From IMG/VR virus record IMGVR_UViG_2698536476_000008: 64,000 bases of DNA; one strand, given 5' to 3'. The notes under the pieces were generated by a model that was not told the origin of the DNA, searched no databases, and was given only the letters and a program-made list of their open reading frames with translations. Each line of letters starts with the position of its first letter. Positions within the stretch are counted from its first letter, which is position 1. A program made the translations under genes and the position numbers. Shown here piece by piece: positions 1-10,659 of the stretch. This DNA comes from a virus (taxonomy: Duplodnaviria; Heunggongvirae; Uroviricota; Caudoviricetes).

Positions 1-1358
1 CCCAAACCAAGGTAATCAAGAACGCTCTGAATACTGGTCTTACCAAGAATGGCGCGTCCAACACTTGTCAATGCAGTTAACGCGGCACGATCAACACCTG
101 TGAAATAAGGGAGTTTATCTGCTGCTGTAGCTAGTGCCGCTAGAGCAGTGAGCGTAGCGTCTGCCGCTTGCTTTCCATTAGCCAAATCATATGCAGCCTT
201 GACAGCTTTCGGTGTGGCGGCCAGCACTTCGGACGTGCTATTAGTAGCACTGCTGAGTTGGACTATCCCTTTTTGAGCCGTGGTTGCATCCTGGGCTGTA
301 TACTTCCCATTAGCCAGGTCATATGCTGCCTTGACTGCTTTCGGTGTGGCGGCCAGCACTTCGGACGTACTGTCAGTAGCACTACTGAGCTGAGTGATGC
401 CTTTCGCTGTCAATGAAGCTGTTGGCACACCAGTGATCTGATTCCAGGGATGTGTATGACTGGATGGTGCCTTTCCGGCAGCTAGATCGTATGCAGCTTT
501 AACCGCTTTTGGAGTTGCAGCTAATGTTTCAGAAGTGCTGTTGGTGTCGCTACTGAGCTGAACTATCCCTTTTTGAGCCGTGGTTGCATCCTGGGCTGTA
601 TACTTCCCGTTAGCCAGGTCATATGCTGCCTTGACTGCTTTCGGTGTGGCGGCCAGCACTTCGGACGTACTGTTAGTAGCACTACTGAGCTGAACTAATC
701 CCTTTTGCGTTGTGCTTGCATCCTGCGCCGTATACTTGCTTTTCGCCAGATCGTAGGCTTTTTTAACTGCCAGCGAACTCGCAGCAACATCACTTCTGGT
801 ACTGGTTACAGAGTCTGAAATATCAATGCCGATCGTGCGGTTGATACGCTCGGATGTATCAATCATCTCTTGAGTAATGGTAGATACGCCAGCAGGGATA
901 TTCACCGTACAAACCAGCAGTTCCCCATCACCTAACTGATATGAATCGGTATAGGTTCTGGCAACAAATTCAGCTGCATGAATATGTGACGCGGTATTCA
1001 CCTGATAGGTATCTTCTCCAAGAAGGTATCTTCCCTTCAGCACAATTGCATATTTCTTGCCTGCGTTAAGTGCAAGAGATATATCCTTACGATGCTGAAT
1101 AGTTACCTGGTAGAATTCACCAATATCCACTGACGCCGCGCCAGCGGTTTTATCTCCATCCACTGAGGTGATTAACAGGTTCATCCCACCGCCAGGCTTA
1201 GGCAAGAAACCAGCATAAAATCCCGGGTCAACAATTCCCCTGAATTTTCGGTTTAGAGCGGCTGACAGATATGGTTCGTGGTATTGCACATCAGCCACCA
1301 GAGCCAACGACTCGGGTGATGGGTAAGTAACCGATGTAACAACTGTAACGTCATTCAT
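1..1358 (-). CDS. Tail fibre protein, partial (N-terminus at 1358, C-terminus beyond window start)
   Basis: ATG at 1356-1358 on minus strand with AAGGA upstream; own translation MNDVTVVTSVTYPSPE... then five 44-aa repeats ending ...TPKAVKAAYDLANGK; open to window edge so absent from ORF track. Confidence 0.8.
   Translation of the reverse strand, partial: MNDVTVVTSVTYPSPESLALVADVQYHEPYLSAALNRKFRGIVDPGFYAGFLPKPGGGMNLLITSVDGDKTAGAASVDIGEFYQVTIQHRKDISLALNAGKKYAIVLKGRYLLGEDTYQVNTASHIHAAEFVARTYTDSYQLGDGELLVCTVNIPAGVSTITQEMIDTSERINRTIGIDISDSVTSTRSDVAASSLAVKKAYDLAKSKYTAQDASTTQKGLVQLSSATNSTSEVLAATPKAVKAAYDLANGKYTAQDATTAQKGIVQLSSDTNSTSETLAATPKAVKAAYDLAAGKAPSSHTHPWNQITGVPTASLTAKGITQLSSATDSTSEVLAATPKAVKAAYDLANGKYTAQDATTAQKGIVQLSSATNSTSEVLAATPKAVKAAYDLANGKQAADATLTALAALATAADKLPYFTGVDRAALTALTSVGRAILGKTSIQSVLDYLGL
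170..800. repeat. Five tandem ~132-bp coding repeats inside the tail fibre gene
   Basis: Repeat units start near 181, 313, 481, 613, 743; unit 3 carries an extra insert encoding SHTHPW. Confidence 0.8.
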
Positions 1359-1369
1359 CAAGCATATCC

Positions 1370-1804
1370 TTATGCTGTAGTCGAGTTTATGGCCATAACT
1401 GCGGTATATGTTTTGCCCACATACAGCGAGTCTTCTTGGACACAAATAATGGCGATTGGCTTATTCTCGTTATCCAGAACAACCAGAGTGTTGAATGGGT
1501 AGTTTTTCCCTTCCTGCAACTGACTTTGATCAAGGTCCATTCGGACAGTAATTATCCCGCCTGAGTAGGTTGGGACGAGGTTGATGGTGCAAAATTGACT
1601 GGTCAGTTCTGCCAGATCGAAAGCCTTTGGCAGTTCTCCAATCTCATAAGTGCCATCTCCTTTCTTAGTAACCAGTGAACTGGTACCGAAAACGGCCTTG
1701 CTGATTAAAAATCGAGAGCCTTTGTTAATGGACGATTCAGCGCGCCGCTGATAGTAATAGTCCAACAACTGACTCTTATAGAGGTTTGTTGAGACGTCAG
1801 ACAT
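1370..1804 (-). CDS. Small tail-fibre-associated protein (144 aa), immediately upstream of the fibre gene
   Basis: ORF track; position in operon directly before tail fibre. Confidence 0.5.
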   Translation of the reverse strand: MSDVSTNLYKSQLLDYYYQRRAESSINKGSRFLISKAVFGTSSLVTKKGDGTYEIGELPKAFDLAELTSQFCTINLVPTYSGGIITVRMDLDQSQLQEGKNYPFNTLVVLDNENKPIAIICVQEDSLYVGKTYTAVMAINSTTA

Positions 1805-1882
1805 GATTTTCCCTAATCAATGTTGTGAAGCCTCATTGTAAGATAAGTAACTTGTCACCCCGCCCTGCGGACGGGGTGATTG

Positions 1883-2722
1883 TCACGCATCGCTATCCAA
1901 CAGCAAATCATCTGCGCGGGTGCGATCAAACGTAGGCGTTGCTTTCACAATAGTGCCGCCCGGCGTTGCAGTGATCGGGGCGTTAATCGACGTAACTTCA
2001 GTAAGCGAAGTTGTATCCGAAGTTTCAAACCAGCAGAATGCTTTTTCGGTATCAGAAATCTCATTCAAAGTGATCATGTCGGCCTGTTCATTTACAACAA
2101 CCGACAAATAGAGCGTAAGCCCATCAAACACTATATGCAGTGGCAGTAGAGGCTTTACGAACTGATTAAACTTTCTGAGAATTTCTTCTGTAATTGCGGA
2201 CTGATCTATCGTTCCTGTAATACCCATTGTCCGGGCCAGGTCGTTTATGGGAATACTGATCATTCCTCTGGAAGTCAGAAACATCTCGCCGAATGTGCCG
2301 CCGGTGGTTTCCAGTGTGCTTTCTGGAATCAGGACCGTGCCATAGGGATGACGTTCAAAGTCCACCGGAGCATATATGGGATCCCATAAAACCGATATAC
2401 CGTTAAATTCGCGATAAATTGTCTGGTTTATAGGGCGTTCAGTACCCTTAAAATGGATCTCATCAAACCGCTGTTGTAACAACATCGGAACGGAAGATGA
2501 ATTCGACGTTCTGATAGTAAAAAACTGGCCAAGTTCATTTGTCCTAGTCTCCAGATCCTCCTTGCTCATGGAGAAAATAGACTTCCGGTTGGTAATTCGC
2601 TCCAACCATGGGTCAACAAAGGTGTCCATCATTGACTGAACCAAATCAGCCAATGATTTATAAAGTAATGACTTTTGCTTAGCTGATGTAAGCCGGTTAT
2701 TAAACCAGGAACGCTGCATCAC
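1883..2722 (-). CDS. Baseplate/tail protein (279 aa)
   Basis: ORF track; 4-bp overlap with upstream gene; position in wedge-J-I-fibre type module. Confidence 0.45.
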   Translation of the reverse strand: MMQRSWFNNRLTSAKQKSLLYKSLADLVQSMMDTFVDPWLERITNRKSIFSMSKEDLETRTNELGQFFTIRTSNSSSVPMLLQQRFDEIHFKGTERPINQTIYREFNGISVLWDPIYAPVDFERHPYGTVLIPESTLETTGGTFGEMFLTSRGMISIPINDLARTMGITGTIDQSAITEEILRKFNQFVKPLLPLHIVFDGLTLYLSVVVNEQADMITLNEISDTEKAFCWFETSDTTSLTEVTSINAPITATPGGTIVKATPTFDRTRADDLLLDSDA

Positions 2723-4152
2723 TCCTCCTCATACGAAATATTAAAGGTGGAGTTTTCTGTATCCAGATAAACGAAATCGTAAAAGCCGTTGGACTCATTC
2801 CACTCGACAAATTCCAGATAAAAGTCGCGGAAATAACCCAGCGTTTCGATAAATGCCCAAACGTCTTTTTTCTTGATTAGGATGTACTTGCCGACACGGT
2901 TCGGATCAAAGAAAGTTGAGTCACGCCCAAATTTTGTTTCCAGTGCCGACTTCAGCTCATCAGTCACGTTCTCAATGGTCAGGCTTGCCGATATCCGCCC
3001 AGTGATGGTGATCTTAAAGGGGAGTTTTCTGACCTCTTTATACGAGAATTTCTTGTTCAACTCATTCGGCACCTTCTTAAAGGCAGCCAGGATCATTTCT
3101 TCAAGCTCTGACTGGCTTTTGTTTGGATGCCATCCTGAAATAAATATCTTATTGATATTCCGAACATTATAAGCACCATCTAATTTCTCTTGCTGGCCTT
3201 CGCCCCATGCCTTTACCCAGGACAGTCCCGGGATGTTACGCACCAGAAAATACGTATAGTCCCCGCCCCATACGACCTGATCATCATAGGCAAGGTAATA
3301 TTGTGCACGATTACGTGTGATCTCCGTTGTTTCGGCATCGGTACCTGCGGTTATGGGTGTCGTTGTCTTAACTGAAATCAAATTAGCTAAATTAGCCGCA
3401 GAATCGACAGGAGTCAGGTTTTGGCCAGCAACCAGGGTTATATCTCCGTTGGTGCACCATACCTTAAGTGTAATGGTCGAGCCTTCTGGCGGTATTTGCC
3501 CAATTAGCCCATCACCGAATCGAACCCCCAACTGCTCGGATGGCTTATAAAACTCAACGTAGACCTGGCTTTTACTACCGGCTAACCGGAACATAGTGCT
3601 GGAAGACCACTGCGTGGTCTTACCATCGGTCGTCACGAATACTTCCAGCTTATAGCAGACAGCAGTGAGAGCCTTTGATAACACGACTTCCAGAAATTCT
3701 TTGGCTGCCGTAACGGTATATGTCACCTCCTGGATTTCCAACTGTGCCACTTCTACCGTACCGGTGCCGTCAACCAACCTGCATACATCCATAGTCATGT
3801 AAGGGTACTGGTCGTCAGATATTAAAGGCATATTTTTGGGGATTACCGCTGGGGCATCTTCACTTGTGGCGGTGATCTCAATCATCCCCGATGACGGTGT
3901 TGGCTTGGTACCAACGTAACTATTCGTTTCTGCCGCTGCCAGGATAGAGGAACGCCGCGTCGCGGTCGATATAAAGCCTTCAGCCAGCGCCGCATCGGCA
4001 TACTGAAAGCACCTGTAGACAATCTGGGTAATAAACAATGTCAGCATCGAGACAAATTGAGAGCCGACAAACTTCGACCAGAATGAATCTTTCTCGACAA
4101 GCTCTTCAAACTCTGCACGAATACTGTCTTTAGTCGGTGTTGTTTTACTCAT
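2719..4152 (-). CDS. Baseplate J-like protein (477 aa)
   Basis: ORF track; size and position between wedge-like and fibre genes; overlaps neighbours by 4 bp. Confidence 0.45.
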   Translation of the reverse strand: MSKTTPTKDSIRAEFEELVEKDSFWSKFVGSQFVSMLTLFITQIVYRCFQYADAALAEGFISTATRRSSILAAAETNSYVGTKPTPSSGMIEITATSEDAPAVIPKNMPLISDDQYPYMTMDVCRLVDGTGTVEVAQLEIQEVTYTVTAAKEFLEVVLSKALTAVCYKLEVFVTTDGKTTQWSSSTMFRLAGSKSQVYVEFYKPSEQLGVRFGDGLIGQIPPEGSTITLKVWCTNGDITLVAGQNLTPVDSAANLANLISVKTTTPITAGTDAETTEITRNRAQYYLAYDDQVVWGGDYTYFLVRNIPGLSWVKAWGEGQQEKLDGAYNVRNINKIFISGWHPNKSQSELEEMILAAFKKVPNELNKKFSYKEVRKLPFKITITGRISASLTIENVTDELKSALETKFGRDSTFFDPNRVGKYILIKKKDVWAFIETLGYFRDFYLEFVEWNESNGFYDFVYLDTENSTFNISYEEE

Positions 4153-4508
4153 AGCACCACGTCCTGTGTGATAGTTATATCCCTGATACGAATGGATATT
4201 TTCAACTTATCAAAAGCATCTCCCTCGGCTACTGACAAGCCAGAAATCGGTATGTCAGGTAAATCTACCGTCAGTTTTTGCAACAGCATTGCCTCAACCG
4301 CAATTTGAACATGCGACAAGTTGGTCGGTTCGTGTTTAAACTGCGGTAAAACATTGCCCCATGACGGATCTCCGTATACCTCACCCTGATAAGTGTTTAG
4401 CCACTCATATAAACGAGCGCCCCAGGCCTCCTCCTGGGACTCATACGTTTTTACGCCGGATAACTCCAGCGTCAGTAAAGGATCAATTTCATTATTGTTG
4501 GCCATCAA
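4149..4508 (-). CDS. Baseplate wedge protein, gp25/W-like (119 aa)
   Basis: ORF track; size and position immediately downstream of Sit-like gene. Confidence 0.4.
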   Translation of the reverse strand: MMANNNEIDPLLTLELSGVKTYESQEEAWGARLYEWLNTYQGEVYGDPSWGNVLPQFKHEPTNLSHVQIAVEAMLLQKLTVDLPDIPISGLSVAEGDAFDKLKISIRIRDITITQDVVL

Positions 4509-7500
4509 TCAACTCTCGCGTAGTCATTCATCAACGGATCATCAATTGACAGTGGCACCGTGCGCATAACGCCCGGTTGAGGCGTGCTGACCTTTACGAC
4601 AGTTCCCTGGCCTTTCGCCGAGTCTTTAGTGTGCTCTTCAATCCTGGCAAGCAATGAGGTCATCTGCGCAAACAGCCGCTTCGTTTCACCATCAAGTGAA
4701 ACGGTATTATCAGCCAACTGCATTGTCGGCTTGGCACCGGAGCCGCCAAGGTCACTAATAACCTGTCCGTCTATCTGCATACGACCGGTTGGTTGCTGCA
4801 AATCGTTGGCGGCAGTCGTCACCTGGGACGTGGAGGCTGGTTCAGGCGCATTATTTTTCCGCATCCCCGGCGAGTTGCGGAGTTTATCAAATAGTCCATC
4901 AATCCCCATTTGTGCGCCGAGTTGGTCAAAGTAACTTGAGTTGCTGGCCACCGGACGCGCCTCTTCAACTGGCATCGGAGTATCAACATACACATTGCCA
5001 GCTGCTGTTGCGGTCCCCTTCCCTCGTGCACGTTCTTCGAGCGTTCCCTGAACGACTTCCCGACGCATACCCCGGCCATTCATGAATTTGTTGACCAGAT
5101 CGTTAACGCCAACAGCATTGCCAATTTTGTCTACCAGACCGCCTTTCTCAAACGGGCTATCACCAGGGGTAAACGCCAGGCCAGTAGACTGATCGATAAC
5201 AGCGTTATCAGGCAGTGGTCCCCTCACTCCATATTGCGCCCCACCCTGTGCTCCTGCTCCAGGTGTATAGATTTCACCACCTAAATAGCGAGCACGATGA
5301 GTATTGACCTTGATCGCGTACTCACGGTTTTCTTTCGATAAGTCACCTGTGCCTTTTTTCCACTTATTGATAGTGCCAAACCCAGCATTATATGCAGTGA
5401 TGGCCTCGTTTAAGTCTCCATTGGCTTGCTTCAGATATTTGCTCATGAGAAGAGCCGCAGCTTCTGCCGATTTCACAGGATCAAACGATTCACCTTCAGC
5501 TAAGCCAGTCTCTTCACGAGCAATCCCCGTGAACTGAAACATCCCCAGAGCACCGGTTTGGGATTTTGCATACGGATTACCACCAGATTCAGTTGCAGCA
5601 ATCGCGTAAAGAGTGCCTTCTGGAAGACCGTATTTATTCTCTAGTTCGGCAAAATACGGAGCCAACTTATCGAGATTTGCCTTACCTTCAGCGCCAAGAC
5701 TTCCGACTTTTACATCCAAGTTGCCATTGTTGTAGGTATCCGCAGCTTTCTGAATGTCATTCCTGGTGCCAGTGGTATTAAGCGACGATGATGACGAGCT
5801 ATTTTGACCAATAGCTTTATCAATTTTCTGCAACGCGCTATTGCCCGTTTCTACGGCATTTGCATTGATAATCTGATTGGCAGTTTGTTTAACTGTTTTA
5901 TTGCTATCTTTCGCTGTGTCCAGTGCCGCATTTATCACGCGGGTGGCAATATTACTCTGTTTGGCATCGGATTCAGTTTTAGAATCAGACGTCTCCTGGT
6001 GGCTATTAACCGGAGCTTTTAACTCTGGAGTGATTTCTTTCGCATTAGCCTCGCCGATCGGATTGGGTATTTTTGATACAATCATTGCCGCAGGGGTATT
6101 TTTAACGGCATCAACCGCTGCATCTAATGCTTTACCTGGTAAATTTTTAACCCCATCCCAAATATTACCAGCCGCCTCTTTAATGTGTTTCCCTGGGTTC
6201 TTAATGAAATCAATTGCACTATCAATTGCATCACTGAAAACCTGTTTCAGGTTATCGACAGTAAAGAAGTCTTTGATGGCATCCAGCTTTTCAAGCAGCT
6301 TATTAGATGTATCGCTAAACCATGCTGAAACAGCATCACCAATCTTTGCTGTGTAATCATCGAACTTGGTAGAAATGGTGTCGCCAAGGTTAGAAATATA
6401 TGTTTCTAAGTTGGTAATCCCACTATCAATGGCCTGGGCAATACTTTCCGTCGAAAATGATTGCAACATATTGCCGATATCCTCAAATCCAAGTGATTTG
6501 AGAACCTCACCAATGGCGCTGCTAATACCAGATACCAGTCCCCCCATATCAAGAACATTAGCTAACGTATAAGCGGCTTTTTGCTGGAATGATGGATCTT
6601 GTCCTGATTTAAGCCCAAACGCTCGACGTTGCGCTTCTGTATCATTCCAACCGGTTACCGCATCATAAATACCTCCAGCCACTGTGCCGACTAGGGGAAT
6701 TGCGCGTAACGCCCCTTTACCAACTGCCTTTAATCCAAGTTTACCTGCTGCCCGGGCAGCCAAATCTCCGCCTTCATGGGCGAGAGTCTTCTTGCCACCA
6801 CCGCGTAGCACTCCTACAAGTTTCTTTGCCCCCAGAGCGCCAAAAGCGAGTGCTCCAGCTTTTTTCAGCATGCCACGCCCCATTAACAACGACGCGACGC
6901 CACCGGCCCCCTTCCCTAACAGGCTAAATAGTTTGGACAGCAAGCCGCCCTTCTTTTTCCCGGTGTTTTTGGCTATCTGATCAAGGGCGCGGAGAATCTT
7001 GTCATTGCCCTCTTTAATTTCGCTGGTCTGCTCCTGAAGTTCCTGAACCGTCCGTTTTTGGGTGTTAACCTGAACGACATCGGCACTATTTTGCGATTTA
7101 CGCCTAAAAAAACCTTTTCTACGGCTGTTATCGTCATTGCCACGAATCACATCGGCAATAGACTTTCTGGCACCATTAAGCGATCCACCAACTTCTTTTG
7201 ATATCCCGCCAAGCTCCTTCCCTGCTGCCCACAATGGACCAGCAACGGCATAACCTAACGCATCGACGGCACGAGTCTCTGAAGGGTTACCTATGCCTTC
7301 AGCTACTTTTGACAGTTTTTTTAATAAACCTGATTCAGCATTTAGACGCTCATCATCCTCTTTGCGCCTGGCCTTTTCAGCACGTTCAGCACGGGCATCT
7401 TCCGCTGCGGCCTTACTCCCTGACTTTCCAATAAAACGACCACGCGCATCGCGTTGGTTTTGGCTTTTTTGCGCACCGCCTTTTTGACCGAACATTTCGC

Positions 7501-7897
7501 GAGCGTGTTCGGCTGCTTCGGTCCGTTGCGCCTTTACATCTTCTGTTATAGCCTTCTTGCGTCGTTTTTTACCCTTTCGCGTAGTTGATTTGGCCTGCGG
7601 TTCCTGTAGAGCAACATCCTCCTGAACTACACGAGAAACGTCCCCTAAATTAAGCCGTTTCATTGCCTCAACAATAGGGTCCACTGATGGCGCATTGGCC
7701 ACAAAGTCTGGCCGGGAATTTTCGATTGTGCGATTTAATGCCGACACACTGCGAGAGACAGGATCAACTGTAGCAACTCGCCCACCTTTCAAATCTTCAA
7801 CGGCTTCCCGAATACCTGCAAGCTCTTCCAGCTCTTTTGCGCTGGCGGTTTCAACCGTCCTTATCACATCGTCAATGTTGGCGTTTTTTCTTTCCAT
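4505..7897 (-). CDS. sit: Sit-like 1130-aa virion protein with soluble lytic transglycosylase domain (tape-measure-like position)
   Basis: SLT motif ...AIAATESGGNPYAKSQTGALGMFQF...AYNAGFG in translation; size matches P1 Sit as recalled. Confidence 0.8.
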   Translation of the reverse strand: MERKNANIDDVIRTVETASAKELEELAGIREAVEDLKGGRVATVDPVSRSVSALNRTIENSRPDFVANAPSVDPIVEAMKRLNLGDVSRVVQEDVALQEPQAKSTTRKGKKRRKKAITEDVKAQRTEAAEHAREMFGQKGGAQKSQNQRDARGRFIGKSGSKAAAEDARAERAEKARRKEDDERLNAESGLLKKLSKVAEGIGNPSETRAVDALGYAVAGPLWAAGKELGGISKEVGGSLNGARKSIADVIRGNDDNSRRKGFFRRKSQNSADVVQVNTQKRTVQELQEQTSEIKEGNDKILRALDQIAKNTGKKKGGLLSKLFSLLGKGAGGVASLLMGRGMLKKAGALAFGALGAKKLVGVLRGGGKKTLAHEGGDLAARAAGKLGLKAVGKGALRAIPLVGTVAGGIYDAVTGWNDTEAQRRAFGLKSGQDPSFQQKAAYTLANVLDMGGLVSGISSAIGEVLKSLGFEDIGNMLQSFSTESIAQAIDSGITNLETYISNLGDTISTKFDDYTAKIGDAVSAWFSDTSNKLLEKLDAIKDFFTVDNLKQVFSDAIDSAIDFIKNPGKHIKEAAGNIWDGVKNLPGKALDAAVDAVKNTPAAMIVSKIPNPIGEANAKEITPELKAPVNSHQETSDSKTESDAKQSNIATRVINAALDTAKDSNKTVKQTANQIINANAVETGNSALQKIDKAIGQNSSSSSSLNTTGTRNDIQKAADTYNNGNLDVKVGSLGAEGKANLDKLAPYFAELENKYGLPEGTLYAIAATESGGNPYAKSQTGALGMFQFTGIAREETGLAEGESFDPVKSAEAAALLMSKYLKQANGDLNEAITAYNAGFGTINKWKKGTGDLSKENREYAIKVNTHRARYLGGEIYTPGAGAQGGAQYGVRGPLPDNAVIDQSTGLAFTPGDSPFEKGGLVDKIGNAVGVNDLVNKFMNGRGMRREVVQGTLEERARGKGTATAAGNVYVDTPMPVEEARPVASNSSYFDQLGAQMGIDGLFDKLRNSPGMRKNNAPEPASTSQVTTAANDLQQPTGRMQIDGQVISDLGGSGAKPTMQLADNTVSLDGETKRLFAQMTSLLARIEEHTKDSAKGQGTVVKVSTPQPGVMRTVPLSIDDPLMNDYARVD

Positions 7898-7978
7898 GAT
7901 CTTATCGCCTACCGCTTCGGTTTAAGTTTTTCTTCCAGTTTCTCCAACAGGAAAAACGCATAGGATTCAGTGAGCCTT

Positions 7979-8860
7979 TCAGCGTCCTGAATCGGTATAC
8001 CCCCATACAAAACCAGGTTGGACACTAAGGTCTGATAGCTTTTCAATCCCCACCTGTGGAATGAAGTCGGTAGCCCGAAAGGGCACCCACAGACGGGTAT
8101 ACGCACCCTCTGTGGACTCCTTTGTATCCTGGTTTGGGCATTTGTGCGGCGGGAGACGAAGACGCATTTCGCCTTTATCGATGTAGCACGGTAAACCATG
8201 TTCGAGCTTTTCATGAGCCAGCCGGATGTGTGCCGCCAGCTTCATAAATTCAGTATCAATGGCCATCCGTTTGATCGTTTCATAACGACGCTCAGCCTGC
8301 TCTTCACGAGTACCGCTAACATCGTTATAAAGTTCACACTGATAAGCGAATTCCCAAAAACGCAAATCAACGATCGCTTCTTTGAATTCCGCGTCGTCTT
8401 CAGGTGGCAATGCTGCACGGCGCATCTCCAGCATTTCCATTGCCCAACCATCAAGCGGCACGATACGCCATTGATAAGGCACGCCCTCTACAGACACCTC
8501 AATATCGTCAATGAACGGTTCCACTTCCAGGACCTGGATATCTTCAGCCAGAGCATTCATATCGCAATCGTAATAATGCTCTTTACCGCAATGTTTACAG
8601 GTGTAGGTGAATGTCTCGACCGGTGTTTCACGGGAGCCGGTAAATATCCACCATAACGCGGTAATCCGGTCCTGCGCCGTCCATGTCAGGGGATCATGTT
8701 TCGCGGGTTCAGCCAGCAAGGCTTTTAAATACGCCGTTGTCTGTTGTTCTTGTTCCTCCGGTGTTATCGAGTTGAAACGCATCGCATCAGCAATATTTGG
8801 CTGACGGAACTGGATCAATTCAGTTGGCCGCGATGGTAGCGGGAAAAGGGGTAAAAGCAT
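7979..8860 (-). CDS. Hypothetical tail assembly protein with Cys cluster (293 aa)
   Basis: ORF track; CKHCGKEHYYDCD motif; directly upstream of sit. Confidence 0.5.
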   Translation of the reverse strand: MLLPLFPLPSRPTELIQFRQPNIADAMRFNSITPEEQEQQTTAYLKALLAEPAKHDPLTWTAQDRITALWWIFTGSRETPVETFTYTCKHCGKEHYYDCDMNALAEDIQVLEVEPFIDDIEVSVEGVPYQWRIVPLDGWAMEMLEMRRAALPPEDDAEFKEAIVDLRFWEFAYQCELYNDVSGTREEQAERRYETIKRMAIDTEFMKLAAHIRLAHEKLEHGLPCYIDKGEMRLRLPPHKCPNQDTKESTEGAYTRLWVPFRATDFIPQVGIEKLSDLSVQPGFVWGYTDSGR

Positions 8861-8874
8861 CCTTGCTCCTTAAT

Positions 8875-9486
8875 TCAAAGAGAAAAACTAAAGCCCAGAA
8901 GGGAAGCCAAAGAACTTGAGGATTGGTTAAACGTGCTGTGCAATGCGAAGGTCATTGGGAATGACTTAAATTCCGTAACCTGATCCCGCGCATAGGTGAC
9001 ATCGCCGGTAGTGACAGGGAATACAGTCATCTCATTTTCCAGTTTGGTTAAGCCGGAAGACAGCAACCGATAAATACGCACATTGAGCAAATATTTAGAC
9101 GGTATATTCCCGGTACCGTCTGGATTAATCACCCGACTTTTTGCCGTCTTAAACCAGTCCAAAACGAGGCCATCAACGGTATCCCTGACCATCATTGTTA
9201 TCTGCCCAGGCGAACGCTCCGTTGGTTGAAGGATATTCCCTCCGCCGATTTTAATCGTTTCATATTCGATGCTGTAATCGTGGTAGGTAATGTCTTTGGC
9301 AAAGAAGTCTGCCCCCTCCAGTCCATCAACTTCGACAGAGAACTGCCATCCTTGCGCGAACAACATTTTGTTCATGATGATTGACGTCAGCTTACCAACT
9401 TCCCGCTCACCAACGCCGGAGCCAAATAATGTCGTCGTTAATGCCGAAGATACATAAGACTTTACTGAAGCAACATTAAGCCCCAT
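8875..9486 (-). CDS. Virion protein (203 aa), possibly tail tube
   Basis: ORF track; size about 22 kDa and position only. Confidence 0.35.
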   Translation of the reverse strand: MGLNVASVKSYVSSALTTTLFGSGVGEREVGKLTSIIMNKMLFAQGWQFSVEVDGLEGADFFAKDITYHDYSIEYETIKIGGGNILQPTERSPGQITMMVRDTVDGLVLDWFKTAKSRVINPDGTGNIPSKYLLNVRIYRLLSSGLTKLENEMTVFPVTTGDVTYARDQVTEFKSFPMTFALHSTFNQSSSSLASLLGFSFSL

Positions 9487-9496
9487 ATCAGCTCCC

Positions 9497-10087
<591 letters not shown>

Positions 10088-10121
10088 TTAACCGATTCTA
10101 CGAGTAGTCATTTGTGACAGG

Positions 10122-10598
10122 TCATTTTGCGCGCTTCAGGCAGCCATCTTCAGGTGCCGCGTTGAAAAGCTCTGCGGCCTTACGTAGCGTAAATGTTGCG
10201 ATTTTTTTTCCGTCTACGTATGCATCGAATGTTTTAACTTCCATATCAGGGGTATCTGACCAAAAACCATACCAGTAACTATCACCCACAGAGGAACCGA
10301 TAGAACTGATAGGATATTCATCATCACCAACTTTCAGCGTTATTTGTTCTTTTTTAGCATCAAATGACTCACCGCCAGGTTCTGTTTTCATGAGAGTGAG
10401 TAGTCGTGTTCCTACTTGATTGGGATCCGTATTATTAAATCCAACATCGCACTCAAATGTAAGCGTATAATTATCTTTGCTGGAAACAGCATAAGAACGA
10501 ACACCATGAGTCTCGCCGGTTGACCATTTGCTTACATTTGCCATTGATGAAAATGGAGTAAGCAAAGCAAGAATTAGAAAAAATCGTTTGATGCGCAT
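10122..10598 (-). CDS. Secreted/periplasmic protein (158 aa)
   Basis: N-terminal signal peptide MRIKRFFLILALLTPFSSMA; AT-rich flanks. Confidence 0.55.
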   Translation of the reverse strand: MRIKRFFLILALLTPFSSMANVSKWSTGETHGVRSYAVSSKDNYTLTFECDVGFNNTDPNQVGTRLLTLMKTEPGGESFDAKKEQITLKVGDDEYPISSIGSSVGDSYWYGFWSDTPDMEVKTFDAYVDGKKIATFTLRKAAELFNAAPEDGCLKRAK

Positions 10599-10659
10599 TA
10601 ATTTATCTCCTTTGGATATTAACGATTATCAATATTTTAATTGGTTATCCATAATATAT

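Noticed and set aside
168-416. Plus-strand 82-aa ORF
   Set aside because: Antisense to the tail fibre repeats; it is open only because the repeats are low in stop codons on both strands.
170-800. Possible CRISPR array
   Set aside because: Repeat units are about 132 bp, contiguous without spacers, and in frame within a tail fibre gene.
5877-6356. Plus-strand ORFs inside the Sit-like gene (for example 5877-6356, 6684-6980)
   Set aside because: Antisense to a long, well-supported gene.
7909-8214. Minus-strand 101-aa ORF overlapping the 293-aa gene
   Set aside because: Alternative frame within a longer, better-supported ORF.
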